Below, one piece after another: positions 10,763 through 20,745 of a stretch of DNA of 64,000 nt (position 1 is the first letter of the stretch; each line of letters starts with the position of its first letter). Under the pieces are notes generated by a model that was not told the DNA's origin, ran no database searches, and was given only the letters and a program-made list of their open reading frames with translations. The stretch comes from an uncultured Gemmatimonadales bacterium (GTDB lineage Bacteria; Gemmatimonadota; Gemmatimonadetes; Gemmatimonadales; GWC2-71-9): positions 256,001 through 320,000 of the forward strand of contig CAVOGR010000001.1 of NCBI GenBank assembly GCA_963695555.1, read 5' to 3'. The position numbers were made by a program, and so were the translations under genes.

Positions 10763-12024
10763 AGCCGCTTCGGTTTTGCTTCCTGACCACCTTCTACCCG
10801 CCATACCATTTCGGTGGCGACGCGATCGGGATTCAGCGATTCGCGCGCGGTCTCGTCGCCCGGGGGCATGAGGTGACGGTGGTGCATGATGTCGATGCGC
10901 ATGCGACCCTGTCCAGCACTCAGCCGGCTGGCACTGAGCCTGAGGCGGACGGGGTTGCCACCATTCCGCTTCGGAGCGGCGCCGGCCCGCTCTCCTCCTT
11001 GCTTACCCAGCAGGTTGGGCGTCCCGTGCTCACCGGGCGGCGAATTCGCCGAATCCTCGACGATGGGCAGTTCGACGTCGTAAACTTTCATAACATTTCG
11101 CTGGTGGGCGGCCCCGGATTACTCTCATACGGCGAGCGGTCGGTTCGCCTCTACATGGCCCATGAGCACTGGCTGGTGTGTCCGAGCCATGTACTGTGGC
11201 GCCACGGCCGCGAGCTCTGCACCGGGCGAGAGTGTCTTCGATGTGTGCTTCACTATCGGCGTCCACCCCAGGCCTGGCGCTACACCGGCTACCTCGAGCG
11301 GCAGCTCGCCAATGTCGACGCGTTCATTGCCATGAGCGAATTCAGCCGACGCAAACACCAGGAGTTCGGCTTCCCGAGGGACATGGAAGTGCTGCCCTAT
11401 TTCCTGCCCGACGATGAGCCCGAGCGGCCCCAGAGCGGGGCTCGGCCGCATCCGAGGCCGTATTTTCTGTTCGTGGGCCGGCTCGAGAAGATCAAGGGGC
11501 TCGATGACGTTATCCCGCTCTTTCGCGACTACCCGGGCGCGGACCTCCTCGTCGCCGGGGACGGGGACTACGCCGAGACCCTGCGCGCTCAGGCCGCCGG
11601 CATCGACCGGGTCCGTTTCCTGGGCCGGATGCCCATGGATACGTTACGATCCTACTATGCGCATGCCTTGGCGTTGATCGTGCCGTCGGTTTGCTTCGAG
11701 ACATTCGGTATCATTCTGATCGAAGCATTTCGGCATACCACGCCGGTCCTGGCTCGGCGACTGGGTCCGTTTCCGGAAATCGTCGAACAGGCGGGCGGGG
11801 GCGAGTTGTTCGAGACGCAAGCGCAGCTCCTCGACGCAATGCGGCGCATGCAGGAGGACCGAGGGTATCGTGACCGGTTGGCCAGTGCGGGCCGCCGGGC
11901 GTTCGAGTCGTATTGGTCGGAAGAGGCGGTCATGCCTCGATATCTCGACATCGTGAGACGGGCGGCTGAGCGACGCCAGCGGCACGATATCATTGAGTCC
12001 CTGGCGCCGGTGGAGGTGGCATGA
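10759..12024 (+). CDS. GT4 (GT-B) glycosyltransferase
   Basis: FYPP..GG, VGRLEKIKG and ETFGIILIEA motifs; ATGA overlap with the upstream gene. Confidence 0.9.
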   Translation: MKPLRFCFLTTFYPPYHFGGDAIGIQRFARGLVARGHEVTVVHDVDAHATLSSTQPAGTEPEADGVATIPLRSGAGPLSSLLTQQVGRPVLTGRRIRRILDDGQFDVVNFHNISLVGGPGLLSYGERSVRLYMAHEHWLVCPSHVLWRHGRELCTGRECLRCVLHYRRPPQAWRYTGYLERQLANVDAFIAMSEFSRRKHQEFGFPRDMEVLPYFLPDDEPERPQSGARPHPRPYFLFVGRLEKIKGLDDVIPLFRDYPGADLLVAGDGDYAETLRAQAAGIDRVRFLGRMPMDTLRSYYAHALALIVPSVCFETFGIILIEAFRHTTPVLARRLGPFPEIVEQAGGGELFETQAQLLDAMRRMQEDRGYRDRLASAGRRAFESYWSEEAVMPRYLDIVRRAAERRQRHDIIESLAPVEVA

Positions 12025-12995
12025 AGGTCTTTATTACTGGAGGGGCCGGGTTCATCGGCTCCCACTTGGCGGAAGCATTACTCGATCGCGGCGACGCGGT
12101 GTTGATGCTGGATGACCTCTCAACCGGCCGCATGGGGAATATCGAGCACCTCATGGGCCGCCAGGGGTTCGAGCACCGCATCGGCTCCGCCACCGATGCG
12201 CCGTTGGTCACGGAATTGGTGGACCGCTGCGACCTGACGGTGCACCTGGCTGCGGCAGTTGGAGTGAAGCTCATCGTGGATCAGCCGGTCCGCACCATCG
12301 AAACCAATGTTCGTGGGACGGAAGTAGTCCTGACCGCGGCGGCGCGGAAGCAGAAGCTCACCGTCATTGCCTCGACCTCGGAAGTCTACGGCAAGGGTAT
12401 CAAGATCCCGTTCAGCGAGGACGACGACCTGCGGCTTGGCCCCACCGCTAACTCGCGCTGGGCCTATGCCTGCTCCAAGGCCTTGGACGAGTGGCTCGCG
12501 CTGGCGTACTGGCGGGAGAAAGGCGTGCCGGTCATCATCCCGCGCTTCTTCAATACGGTGGGCCCGCGCCAGACCGGCCGCTATGGCATGGTGCTCCCGA
12601 CGCTCGTGGCCCAGGCGCTCCGCGGCGAGCCCTTGACCGTGTACGGCACGGGCGAGCAGTCGCGCTGCTTCAGTCATGTACGCGATGTCGTGAAAGCGGT
12701 GTTGGCCCTGATCGAAACTCCGGCAGCCGTTGGCCAAGTGGTCAATGTGGGGAGCGAAGAAGAGGTCAGCATGCTCCGGCTGGCTGAATTGGTTCGGGAA
12801 TTGACCGGGACCAAGTCCGACATCGTGCTGGTCCCGTACACCGAAGCCTATGCGGAGGGCTTCGAGGACATGCAGCGTCGCGTTCCCGATGTGAGCAAGT
12901 TGGAGCGGATGATCGGGTTTCGGCCTCGTACGCCCCTCGAAGAAATCGTCCGCGACGTCATCGTCTACGAGCGCTCACGCCTGGTCGCGACCTGA
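12021..12995 (+). CDS. NAD-dependent nucleotide-sugar epimerase/dehydratase/decarboxylase (extended SDR)
   Basis: ITGGAGFIGSH, ASTSEVYG, YACSK (YxxxK) and RFFNTVGPRQ. Confidence 0.9.
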   Translation: MKVFITGGAGFIGSHLAEALLDRGDAVLMLDDLSTGRMGNIEHLMGRQGFEHRIGSATDAPLVTELVDRCDLTVHLAAAVGVKLIVDQPVRTIETNVRGTEVVLTAAARKQKLTVIASTSEVYGKGIKIPFSEDDDLRLGPTANSRWAYACSKALDEWLALAYWREKGVPVIIPRFFNTVGPRQTGRYGMVLPTLVAQALRGEPLTVYGTGEQSRCFSHVRDVVKAVLALIETPAAVGQVVNVGSEEEVSMLRLAELVRELTGTKSDIVLVPYTEAYAEGFEDMQRRVPDVSKLERMIGFRPRTPLEEIVRDVIVYERSRLVAT

Positions 12996-13002
12996 CGAAC
13001 AG

Positions 13003-13752
13003 ATGCGAGCCATCCTGACCTACCACTCGATCGATTCATCCGGGTCGCCGATTTCGGTGGATGCTGACGCATTCAGCCGGCACGTGGAATGGCTGGTCAC
13101 CGGGCCCGTCCGGGTCGTGGCCCTCGACGCCTTGCTCGACCTGCCGCCTGCGACGGATGCGGTGGCCCTCACGTTCGATGACGGCTTCGAGAATTTCCAG
13201 AGCGTTGCGGCCCCGCTCCTCGCCGCGCGAAACCTGCCGACCACGCTATTTGTGGTCAGCGGACACGTGGGTGGCACCAATGCCTGGGGCGGCAAGTCCC
13301 AACCAGGTATTCCGACACTTCCGCTGTTGGATTGGGATGCCCTCGGACGAGTGGCAGAGCGGGGCGTGTCCCTCGGGGTGCATACCCACACCCACCGACC
13401 GCTCCCCGACCTATCGCCCCAGCAGGTCGAGGAGGAAGTCGAAGAGTGCCGCGAGGCCATCCGCACACATACGGGGCACACGCCGACCACGTTTGCCTAC
13501 CCCTACGGAGCCGTGGACCGCGGCTCCGCCGAGGTCGTGGGGCGCTTGTTCCGACTTGGCTGCACTACGGAGCACCGCACCCTGGAACCCAGCGAGGATT
13601 CCTCGCGCCTGCCGCGGGTGGATATGTACTATTTCCGTCACCAGCCTGGCTTGCCGGGATGGGGTACTCCCGCATTTCGCCGCCGGCTCTGGACCCGCCG
13701 CGCGGCTCGGCGTTTGAGAGGTGCCTTGAGCCAGGCGGGGCTTGGACGATGA
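13003..13752 (+). CDS. Polysaccharide deacetylase (NodB/CE4)
   Basis: ILTYH, LTFDDG, GVHTHTH, FAYPYG and LPR motifs. Confidence 0.9.
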   Translation: MRAILTYHSIDSSGSPISVDADAFSRHVEWLVTGPVRVVALDALLDLPPATDAVALTFDDGFENFQSVAAPLLAARNLPTTLFVVSGHVGGTNAWGGKSQPGIPTLPLLDWDALGRVAERGVSLGVHTHTHRPLPDLSPQQVEEEVEECREAIRTHTGHTPTTFAYPYGAVDRGSAEVVGRLFRLGCTTEHRTLEPSEDSSRLPRVDMYYFRHQPGLPGWGTPAFRRRLWTRRAARRLRGALSQAGLGR

Positions 13753-14897
13753 CGGCACTTCCCTTCCGTCTTTCGGTCATCGTGCCGGTGCATCAAGGAG
13801 CGGTAGTCCTCCCGAAGTCGCTCGGCGCTTTGGTCGAGAGCGATCTGCCTCGGGATGAATGGGAACTCATCGTGGTAGATGATGCCAGCACGGATGGCAC
13901 GGCGGCAGTCGCCGCCCGCTATGCGGATACCGTGGTTACCCTGGGACGCAAGCCGCAGGGGCCTTCCTATGCCAGGAACAGGGGTGTGGAAGCGGCGCGG
14001 GGGGATGTCGTCGTCTTCATCGATGCAGACGTATGCGTGCATCGCGAAACCCTCCGACGATTTGCGAGTGTCTTCGCCGAGAATCCCGGCTTCAGCGCGG
14101 TCTTTGGGTCCTACGATGCGGCGCCGCCGGCTCCCGGGCTGGTCTCCCAATATCGGAATCTTCTCCACCACTGGGTCCACCAACAGAATGGGGGAGAGGC
14201 GGAGACATTCTGGGCAGGATGTGGAGCGATCCGGCGTAACGTGTTCTTCGAAGCCGGCATGTACGACGAATGGCATTTTTCACGCCCGCAGATCGAGGAT
14301 ATCGAACTCGGCCACCGGCTCAAAGAACTTGGGCACCGTATCACCTTGGCACCCGAGATTCAGGCTACCCATCTGAAGCATTGGACGCTCCGCAACATGC
14401 TTACGACCGATCTCAGGGATCGTGGCGTCCCGTGGACCCGGCTCCTCATCCAACGCGGCATCGTATCGAAATCGCAATCGCTCAATCTCCGCTTGATTGA
14501 GCGGGTCAATACGGTACTGGTGTGGACCGCAGCCTTGTTTGCGATCGTTGCGCTGGGCTTCCGGGATGCGCGGTGGCTTCTTCTCAGCGTTGCGTGTGGG
14601 CTACCGGTGCTGTGGTTTAACCGGCACTTGTATGCGTTCTTCCGGCGGGAACGCGGCCTTTGGTTTGCCGTCCGAGCGATTCCCTTGCACTTGATCTACT
14701 ACTTCCTCAACGGTATTGCCGTGGGGTGGGGGTGGTTGGTGCATCACGCGGTCGGTGAACCTCAGCCTGCGGTCGCCGTCGAGGCGTTCTCCGAAGTTGG
14801 GCTTCAGAGCTGGCCCCCGGTTCCACGAAAGGCGCCCGATCGCTCGGCGGACAACGAGGGGCGCGTATCCAGTCAGCGGAGAACCGATGTCACCTGA
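13749..14897 (+). CDS. GT2 glycosyltransferase with C-terminal TM helices
   Basis: True start MTALPF overlaps the upstream stop (ATGA). Motifs VVDDASTDGT, GPSYARNRG, FIDAD and IEDIELG. Confidence 0.88.
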   Translation: MTALPFRLSVIVPVHQGAVVLPKSLGALVESDLPRDEWELIVVDDASTDGTAAVAARYADTVVTLGRKPQGPSYARNRGVEAARGDVVVFIDADVCVHRETLRRFASVFAENPGFSAVFGSYDAAPPAPGLVSQYRNLLHHWVHQQNGGEAETFWAGCGAIRRNVFFEAGMYDEWHFSRPQIEDIELGHRLKELGHRITLAPEIQATHLKHWTLRNMLTTDLRDRGVPWTRLLIQRGIVSKSQSLNLRLIERVNTVLVWTAALFAIVALGFRDARWLLLSVACGLPVLWFNRHLYAFFRRERGLWFAVRAIPLHLIYYFLNGIAVGWGWLVHHAVGEPQPAVAVEAFSEVGLQSWPPVPRKAPDRSADNEGRVSSQRRTDVT

Positions 14898-14915
14898 TCT
14901 TGGGAAGATGTCGCC

Positions 14916-15725
14916 GTGGCGTTGAGGGCAAGGATCGGGCGGGCCATCGAGGCATTCCACCTGCTCTCGATGTATGCCGCGGACTGGGAATCACGCCGTG
15001 CTCTGGCCGCTGCCTATCGCCGCACCCTCAGCACCACAACAGACCCAACCGAGATCGTCGTCCGGCTGCGTGTTGCCGATCTCGTGATTCCATTTCATAT
15101 GAGAATGTGTGATATCTACACCCTGGGCGAGATCCTTCATGAACGGCAATATCAGGTGCGTTCCCCCCTCCCGGAGCGCCCAACGATTATCGATGCCGGC
15201 GCGAATATCGGAGTAGCGACCCTCTGGTTCTTGGGCCAATATCCTGGTGCGAAGCTGGTTTGCGTTGAACCCGACCTCGGCAATTTCCAGTTGCTGCAGG
15301 CAAATTTTGATGCACATGCTGACGTGACCCTCGAGCAGGTTGCCCTCGGCGCGGCTGATGAATCCGTGACACTTCATCTGGCCGCGCATGGTGCGATGCA
15401 TTCAGTGGTAGATACCGAGCCAGCGGTGGGGATGCTCTCAGTTTCCCAGATCAGGCTCGACACCCTCATGGATCGTCATTGTATCAAACAGATTGATCTT
15501 TTAAAGCTCGATGTTGAAGGCAGCGAATTTGACTGCGTCCGGGGGCTCGGCGACCGTCTGGTCAACGTCAAGGTTATTGTGGGAGAGTTTCATGAGCGCC
15601 TCGTAGATGAAGACGCGTTCTACAGCTACCTTGAAGGGTGCGGCTTTCATCAAGTCCACAAGACATATTTCGGAACAGGACGTTCCGACGGCGTTCACGC
15701 ATTCGAAGTAGTCCGTGAAGAATGA
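14916..15725 (+). CDS. FkbM-family SAM-dependent methyltransferase
   Basis: IIDAGANIG, VEPD and LLKLDVEGSE motifs. Confidence 0.88.
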   Translation: MALRARIGRAIEAFHLLSMYAADWESRRALAAAYRRTLSTTTDPTEIVVRLRVADLVIPFHMRMCDIYTLGEILHERQYQVRSPLPERPTIIDAGANIGVATLWFLGQYPGAKLVCVEPDLGNFQLLQANFDAHADVTLEQVALGAADESVTLHLAAHGAMHSVVDTEPAVGMLSVSQIRLDTLMDRHCIKQIDLLKLDVEGSEFDCVRGLGDRLVNVKVIVGEFHERLVDEDAFYSYLEGCGFHQVHKTYFGTGRSDGVHAFEVVREE

Positions 15726-15794
15726 CATGGGTCGTGAACGTCCTAAACGCGTGCACCCGGTGATCGCCGGGGCCGAGCGTCGAGGAGAGGTCTG

Positions 15795-16169
15795 ATGCCC
15801 AACGTCACTCCCAGCGGAGCGGGTGCCACACCGGCACCTCTGGCGTATGCCTTTGCGCCGCTCCACAAGCGTGCCTTCGGCGTCGCGATAGGACTCGCGA
15901 CGGGATTGCTGGTTGCTGGTGCAACAGCTCTGTACGTCCTTCGTGGCCCGGATGTGGGCCCCGGCCTCGCGCTCCTGAGGCACTATTTCGCCGGCTATAC
16001 CGTTTCGTGGGAAGGTGCCATCGTTGGCTTCGGATGGGGATTCCTCTCCGGATTCGTCGCCGGGTGGTTCTTCGCATTTATTCGAAACCTCACGATAGGG
16101 GTCTTGATATTCTTCGTCCGGGTGAGGTCGGAGCTGTTACAGACTCGTGACTTCCTGGACCACATCTGA
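15795..16169 (+). CDS. Small hydrophobic membrane protein (paralog of the next gene)
   Basis: GAGGAGAGG RBS; hydrophobic 124 aa with AFGVAIG..LRGPDVG..LLRHYFAGYTVS. Confidence 0.75.
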   Translation: MPNVTPSGAGATPAPLAYAFAPLHKRAFGVAIGLATGLLVAGATALYVLRGPDVGPGLALLRHYFAGYTVSWEGAIVGFGWGFLSGFVAGWFFAFIRNLTIGVLIFFVRVRSELLQTRDFLDHI

Positions 16170-16204
16170 TCGACTGATCCACTTCGAGACGCGGGCGGTG
16201 ACCG

Positions 16205-16498
16205 ATGGCAAATGACGAAGACGAGATTCTCCAACACGCGCTGCTGCGGCTCAATGCCCGAGCCTGGGGGATCGCATTTGGGCTGCTCCTGGGCGGAGGG
16301 CTCTTCATCGCGACCAATGTGCTGGTGCTCAAGGGCGGGCCGAATGTGGGCCAGCACCTTCAGCTCTTGGCCGTCTTCTTCCCCGGCTTCCAGGTCACCT
16401 TCCTGGGCAGCATTATCGGGTTCATCTACGCATTCGTGGTCGGTTATGCACTCGGCCGCCTCGTCGGCCTGGTGTACAACCGATTGGCAGGCCCCTAA
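16205..16498 (+). CDS. Small hydrophobic membrane protein (paralog of the previous gene)
   Basis: 97 aa with AWGIAFG..LKGGPNVG..LLAVFFPGFQVT, which aligns by eye with 15795-16169. Confidence 0.75.
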   Translation: MANDEDEILQHALLRLNARAWGIAFGLLLGGGLFIATNVLVLKGGPNVGQHLQLLAVFFPGFQVTFLGSIIGFIYAFVVGYALGRLVGLVYNRLAGP

Positions 16499-16501
16499 CA
16501 C

Positions 16502-16527
16502 AGCAGCCGGCTCGGCGGCCGGCTGCT
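16502..16527. terminator. GC-rich hairpin between convergent genes, possible terminator
   Basis: AGCAGCCGGC-tcggcg-GCCGGCTGCT forms a perfect 10-bp stem immediately after the stop at 16498. The U-tract is weak. Confidence 0.5.
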
Positions 16528-16545
16528 TGTCCCCCTAGCATCGAG

Positions 16546-17862
16546 CCGTCCTACTGGGCGGCGATGGTGAGGACTCCGGTCGCGGGGATGCTGGTGACGA
16601 GGGGCTGGCCGGCGCCGAGGGTCACCGCGGGCCGGGCGGTGCGGAGCTCGGCGGCGGTGGTATAGGTCACGATGTAGCTGCCGGCCGGGAGGCCGGTCAC
16701 GCTGAACGAGCCCCCGGCGCCGGCCTTGACCACGACTGTCCAGCGGCCGGTGGTGTTCTTGAAGGCCAGGGGCGCAAAGGTGCCGCTGGTGCTGGTGGCC
16801 TGATAGCGGACCGCGCCGAGCCGCACATCCCGGAAATATTGTTGCAGGTAGCGGGTCCGGCTGTCGGGCCGGATCACCGGCGCCGTCGGGCTGCTCACGT
16901 CGACGTGATAGTACGCCCCCCCACCGTCATCGGTGTTGTTACACCAGCCCAGGATGAACTGCTGCCAGGCCGAGTTGCGCGCCAGGGTCAGATCCTGGTG
17001 CAGGTCCTGATAGCCGCTCCCGATGTGCTCCAGCATGCTGGTGCGGATCCCGGAGGCCTGGGCCCGCGCGCCGATGGTCTGCAGGTTCCCGGTGCTGACC
17101 CCGCCGTAGCGATGGTAGGCCAGGTCGGTGAGGTATTGGGTGGCCCGGGGCACCGCGATCAGCTGGTCGAAATAGGTGATGGCTCCGCCCATGTTGGCGT
17201 TGGAGGGGGCAATGAAATCGGGCCGGTACCCGGCCGCCGCCAGCCGGTCGCCCGCGGCCACCAAGGCCTGGCCGATCTGGGTCCCGGTCCACTGGGCATT
17301 GTCGGGCTCGAGCACGAGCTCCACGGCATCGGGGGTCCAGCCGTACCGGCTGGCCAGATGCTGAAACGCGACGAGGAGGAACTCGGCATACTCGGCCGGG
17401 GCCGTCTTGTGGAACAGGGTGCCCGCCCCTTGGGTGCTGAAATCGGTGTAGTTCAGGTTCACGTAGAGCTGCTCGCCCTGGGCCAAGAGCCGGGTCCGGA
17501 TCGGGGTGACCACGTTGTCGATGTAGTAGTCGAGCTCGGTGAAGTGGAAGCCGGCCGCGTTGGCGGTGGTGGGGCTGGTGTTATCGTTGATCGTGGCATA
17601 GCGCACGGTCCGCCACTCGGCGCGGGTGATCCGCCCCGCCTGGAGATCGGCATAGTAGTCGGTCGGATTCTCGACGCCGCTCCGGACCGGGAGCCGGAGC
17701 CGGTTGATCCCCAGCTCGGTCACCACCCGGTCGTACAGCGGGTTCCGGTAATTGGCGAAGGCGACCGGATCACACTCGTCCTGCCCCGCCTGGGCCGTCG
17801 CCTCCCAGCCCGTCATCGTCTGCAGCGCCGCCGTCGGCACCACCGTGATTACCGGCCCGCTG
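16546..17862. repeat. ~1.3 kb direct repeat, copy 1 (catalytic module)
   Basis: Aligns without gaps to 18603-19901 (offset 2039) and to 20746-22062 (offset 4200), with ~14-15 internal substitutions against each. Confidence 0.97.
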
Positions 17863-18527
17863 ATTGGCGTTGTGATTCTGATGGTGGCAGACCCTGACGA
17901 TTGAGTGCCGGCATGGGTTGCGGTGGCGGCGTAGCTGCCGGACGTCGAGCCGGCAGTGTAATAGCCGCCTGGATCGATGGTGCCGCCGGTCGCGTTCCAA
18001 CTCACGCCTACTGGCACCGTCGACCCGTCGCTCAGGCGACCCTCGGCACTGAACTGTCGTGATTCAGAGGCGTTCAGGGTCGTGGAAGAGGGTGATACGA
18101 TGATTGCTTCCAAATCGGGTGGAGGCGGAGGCACCACCTCGACACCCGAGCTGTCCTTCTTTGCCCTCCCTTTGGCTTTGCCCCGGCCGTTGCCGCTACC
18201 TCGTACCTTCGCCGCGCCGATTGCGGATGAGACGAAGAGCCCGTTGGCGCTGATGTCGCCGTTTTCCGCGCTCCACTCCATGTCAACAGCAACCGAATCG
18301 CCAGTGCCCGTCAATCCGTAGGCCTGGAATTGCAGGGGTTGGTTGACTTCGGCTACAGCTGTTCTGGGGATGATGACGAGTGTGGCGATGTCGGTACTAG
18401 GATCTTCGGGGCCGAGTCCTTCTCGGAGCTCACCAGGAGCGCAGGAGGCCAGGAGGAGCGGGCAGAGCATCCACCCCGCTATTCGAGAAGCGGCCAGCCT
18501 GCGAGACAGCTTGAAGGTATAGGTCAC
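16551..18527 (-). CDS. Lipoprotein with two Ig-like (Big_2-like) domains and a GH30-like glycoside hydrolase domain (copy 1)
   Basis: AGGAG RBS with GTG start; lipobox LLASC; Ig-like W.ATGG.I..G..TAG. Clan GH-A-like motifs LEPDN, AYHRY and SMLEH, and a GH30-like tail QQYFRDVRLGAVR..LAFKN..GRWTVVV. Confidence 0.75.
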   Translation of the reverse strand: MTYTFKLSRRLAASRIAGWMLCPLLLASCAPGELREGLGPEDPSTDIATLVIIPRTAVAEVNQPLQFQAYGLTGTGDSVAVDMEWSAENGDISANGLFVSSAIGAAKVRGSGNGRGKAKGRAKKDSSGVEVVPPPPPDLEAIIVSPSSTTLNASESRQFSAEGRLSDGSTVPVGVSWNATGGTIDPGGYYTAGSTSGSYAATATHAGTQSSGSATIRITTPISGPVITVVPTAALQTMTGWEATAQAGQDECDPVAFANYRNPLYDRVVTELGINRLRLPVRSGVENPTDYYADLQAGRITRAEWRTVRYATINDNTSPTTANAAGFHFTELDYYIDNVVTPIRTRLLAQGEQLYVNLNYTDFSTQGAGTLFHKTAPAEYAEFLLVAFQHLASRYGWTPDAVELVLEPDNAQWTGTQIGQALVAAGDRLAAAGYRPDFIAPSNANMGGAITYFDQLIAVPRATQYLTDLAYHRYGGVSTGNLQTIGARAQASGIRTSMLEHIGSGYQDLHQDLTLARNSAWQQFILGWCNNTDDGGGAYYHVDVSSPTAPVIRPDSRTRYLQQYFRDVRLGAVRYQATSTSGTFAPLAFKNTTGRWTVVVKAGAGGSFSVTGLPAGSYIVTYTTAAELRTARPAVTLGAGQPLVTSIPATGVLTIAAQ

Positions 18528-18592
18528 GAGTGCTTCTCCTGCGGCTGGTGGAGTCAGGAGGCCCTGGGGGAGGGCCTCCCGGGGTGAGGTAC

Positions 18593-20311
18593 TTATTGGC
18601 TAATGGTGAGGACCCCGGTCGCGGGGATGCTGGTGACGAGGGGCTGGCCGGCGCCGAGGGTCACCGCGGGCCGGGCGGTGCGGAGCTCGGCGGCGGTGGT
18701 ATAGGTCACGATGTAGCTGCCGGCCGGGAGGCCGGTCACGCTGAACGAGCCCCCGGCGCCGGCCTTGACCACGACTGTCCAGCGGCCGGTGGTGTTCTTG
18801 AAGGCCAGGGGCGCAAAGGTGCCGCTGGTGCTGGTGGCCTGATAGCGGACCGCGCCGAGCCGCACATCCCGGAAATATTGTTGCAGGTAGCGGGTCCGGC
18901 TGTCGGGCCGGATCACCGGCGCCGTCGGGCTGCTCACGTCGACGTGATAGTACGCCCCCCCACCGTCATCGGTGTTGTTACACCAGCCCAGGATGAACTG
19001 CTGCCAGGCCGAGTTGCGCGCCAGGGTCAGATCCTGGTGCAGGTCCTGATAGCCGCTCCCGATGTGCTCCAGCATGCTGGTGCGGATCCCGTAGGCCTGG
19101 GCTCGCGTCCCGATGGTCTGCAGGTTCCCGGTGCTGACCCCGCCGTAGCGATGGTAGGCCAGATCGGTGAGGTATTGGGTGGCCCGGGGCACCGCGACCA
19201 GCTGGTCGAAATAGGTGATGGCTCCGCCCATGTTGGCGTTGGAGGGCGCGATGAAGGCGGGCCGGTACCCGGCCGCCGCCAGCCGGTCGCCCGCGGCCAC
19301 CAAGGCCTGCCCGATCTGGGTCCCGGTCCACTGGGCGTTGTCGGGCTCGAGCACGAGCTCCACGGCATCGGGGGTCCAGCCGTACCGGCTGGCGAGATGC
19401 TGAAACGTGACGAGGAGGAACTCGGCATACTCGGCCGGGGCCGTCTTGTGGAACAGGGTGCCCGCCCCTTGGGTGCTGAAATCGGTGTAGTTCAGGTTCA
19501 CGTAGAGCTGCTCGCCCTGGGCCAAGAGCCGGGTCCGGATCGGGGTGACCACGTTGTCGATGTAGTAGTCGAGCTCGGTGAAGTGGAAGCCGGCCGCGTT
19601 GGCGGTGGTGGGGCTGGTGTTATCGTTGATCGTGGCATAGCGCACGGTCCGCCACTCGGCGCGGGTGATCCGCCCCGCCTGGAGATCGGCATAGTAGTCG
19701 GTCGGATTCTCGACGCCGCTCCGGACCGGGAGCCGGAGCCGGTTGATCCCCAGCTCGGTCACCACCCGGTCGTACAGCGGGTTCCGGTAATTGGCGAAGG
19801 CGACCGGATCACACTCGTCCTGCCCCGCCTGGGCCGTCGCCTCCCAGCCCGTCATCGTCTGCAGCGCCGCCGTCGGCACCACCGCGATCACCGGCCCGCT
19901 GCCCGGCGCGACGACGGCCACCGTAGCTGACGTCGTGACAGTGCCGTTTGCCACTACGGCTGTGACCTGGAAGTTTCCAACCGCCGGGCCCGCGGTATAG
20001 GTACCGGCAGCGTCGATGGCCCCGCCGGTCGCACTCCAGTCGACAGTGACGCCGACCGAGTCGCCGTTCTGGGTGCGCCCGTATGCTGCGAACGGGATTG
20101 CTTGGTTGGCCTCGACGGTAGCCGAACTCGGCGTCACCACGAGGGCCGAGAGGCCACTCGAATCGGGTCCAATGCCTTCCTTCAAATCTCCCGACGCACA
20201 GGCAGCGAGCAGGCTCAGGAGCGGTCCAATGACGAGCGGGCGTAGTGCCCGTCTTCGTCCGGCCAATTCACTGGGCAACTTCATGGTCACACTTGCTGAA
20301 CCTCGACTCAT
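18593..20311 (-). CDS. Lipoprotein with one Ig-like domain and a GH30-like domain (copy 2)
   Basis: AGGAG RBS, lipobox LLAAC, and the same ~430-aa C-terminal module as copy 1. Confidence 0.75.
   Translation of the reverse strand: MSRGSASVTMKLPSELAGRRRALRPLVIGPLLSLLAACASGDLKEGIGPDSSGLSALVVTPSSATVEANQAIPFAAYGRTQNGDSVGVTVDWSATGGAIDAAGTYTAGPAVGNFQVTAVVANGTVTTSATVAVVAPGSGPVIAVVPTAALQTMTGWEATAQAGQDECDPVAFANYRNPLYDRVVTELGINRLRLPVRSGVENPTDYYADLQAGRITRAEWRTVRYATINDNTSPTTANAAGFHFTELDYYIDNVVTPIRTRLLAQGEQLYVNLNYTDFSTQGAGTLFHKTAPAEYAEFLLVTFQHLASRYGWTPDAVELVLEPDNAQWTGTQIGQALVAAGDRLAAAGYRPAFIAPSNANMGGAITYFDQLVAVPRATQYLTDLAYHRYGGVSTGNLQTIGTRAQAYGIRTSMLEHIGSGYQDLHQDLTLARNSAWQQFILGWCNNTDDGGGAYYHVDVSSPTAPVIRPDSRTRYLQQYFRDVRLGAVRYQATSTSGTFAPLAFKNTTGRWTVVVKAGAGGSFSVTGLPAGSYIVTYTTAAELRTARPAVTLGAGQPLVTSIPATGVLTISQ
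18603..19901. repeat. ~1.3 kb direct repeat, copy 2
   Basis: Near-identical to 16564-17862; differences cluster in one block equivalent to 17053-17369. Confidence 0.97.
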
Positions 20312-20745
20312 TCGCGAACTCCTGTCCTTGTTCGACTCAATCTCACGAATGATGTCGAAGGCGATATGTCATTACAACTTCCAATTATTCAACAGTAGCT
20401 ACAGCAGTCACGGTCACAAGATCATACAAACAATTATCTCATATGATCTTAGCTTGTCCTGCAGTCGTGCCACTCATTGTTAAGAATTAAGACGACCACT
20501 GTCGTCTAGCTCTGCCGGTTTTGCCGCCTGGGTCGTTTCCCGTGCGAACGGCGGAGCTTCTGAATAGCTCTATGCACTGATCATTCCAGACTGGTCAAGA
20601 GACGATAAATATATGATTTGTATACGGTTATCGGTTGGCTCCCGGTCAACTGGGGGCGTCGGAGATTGCCGGATTCCAGGAGTTTTTCCCGGTTTGAGAC
20701 CAAGTCGGAGGGAAACTTGTTCAGGTTCGGAGTCAGGCAGGCATT

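Noticed and set aside
20456..20472. Sigma-54 site on the minus strand (TGGCACG-ACTG-CAGGA)
   Set aside because: The -24 element is perfect but the -12 position is GG rather than GC.
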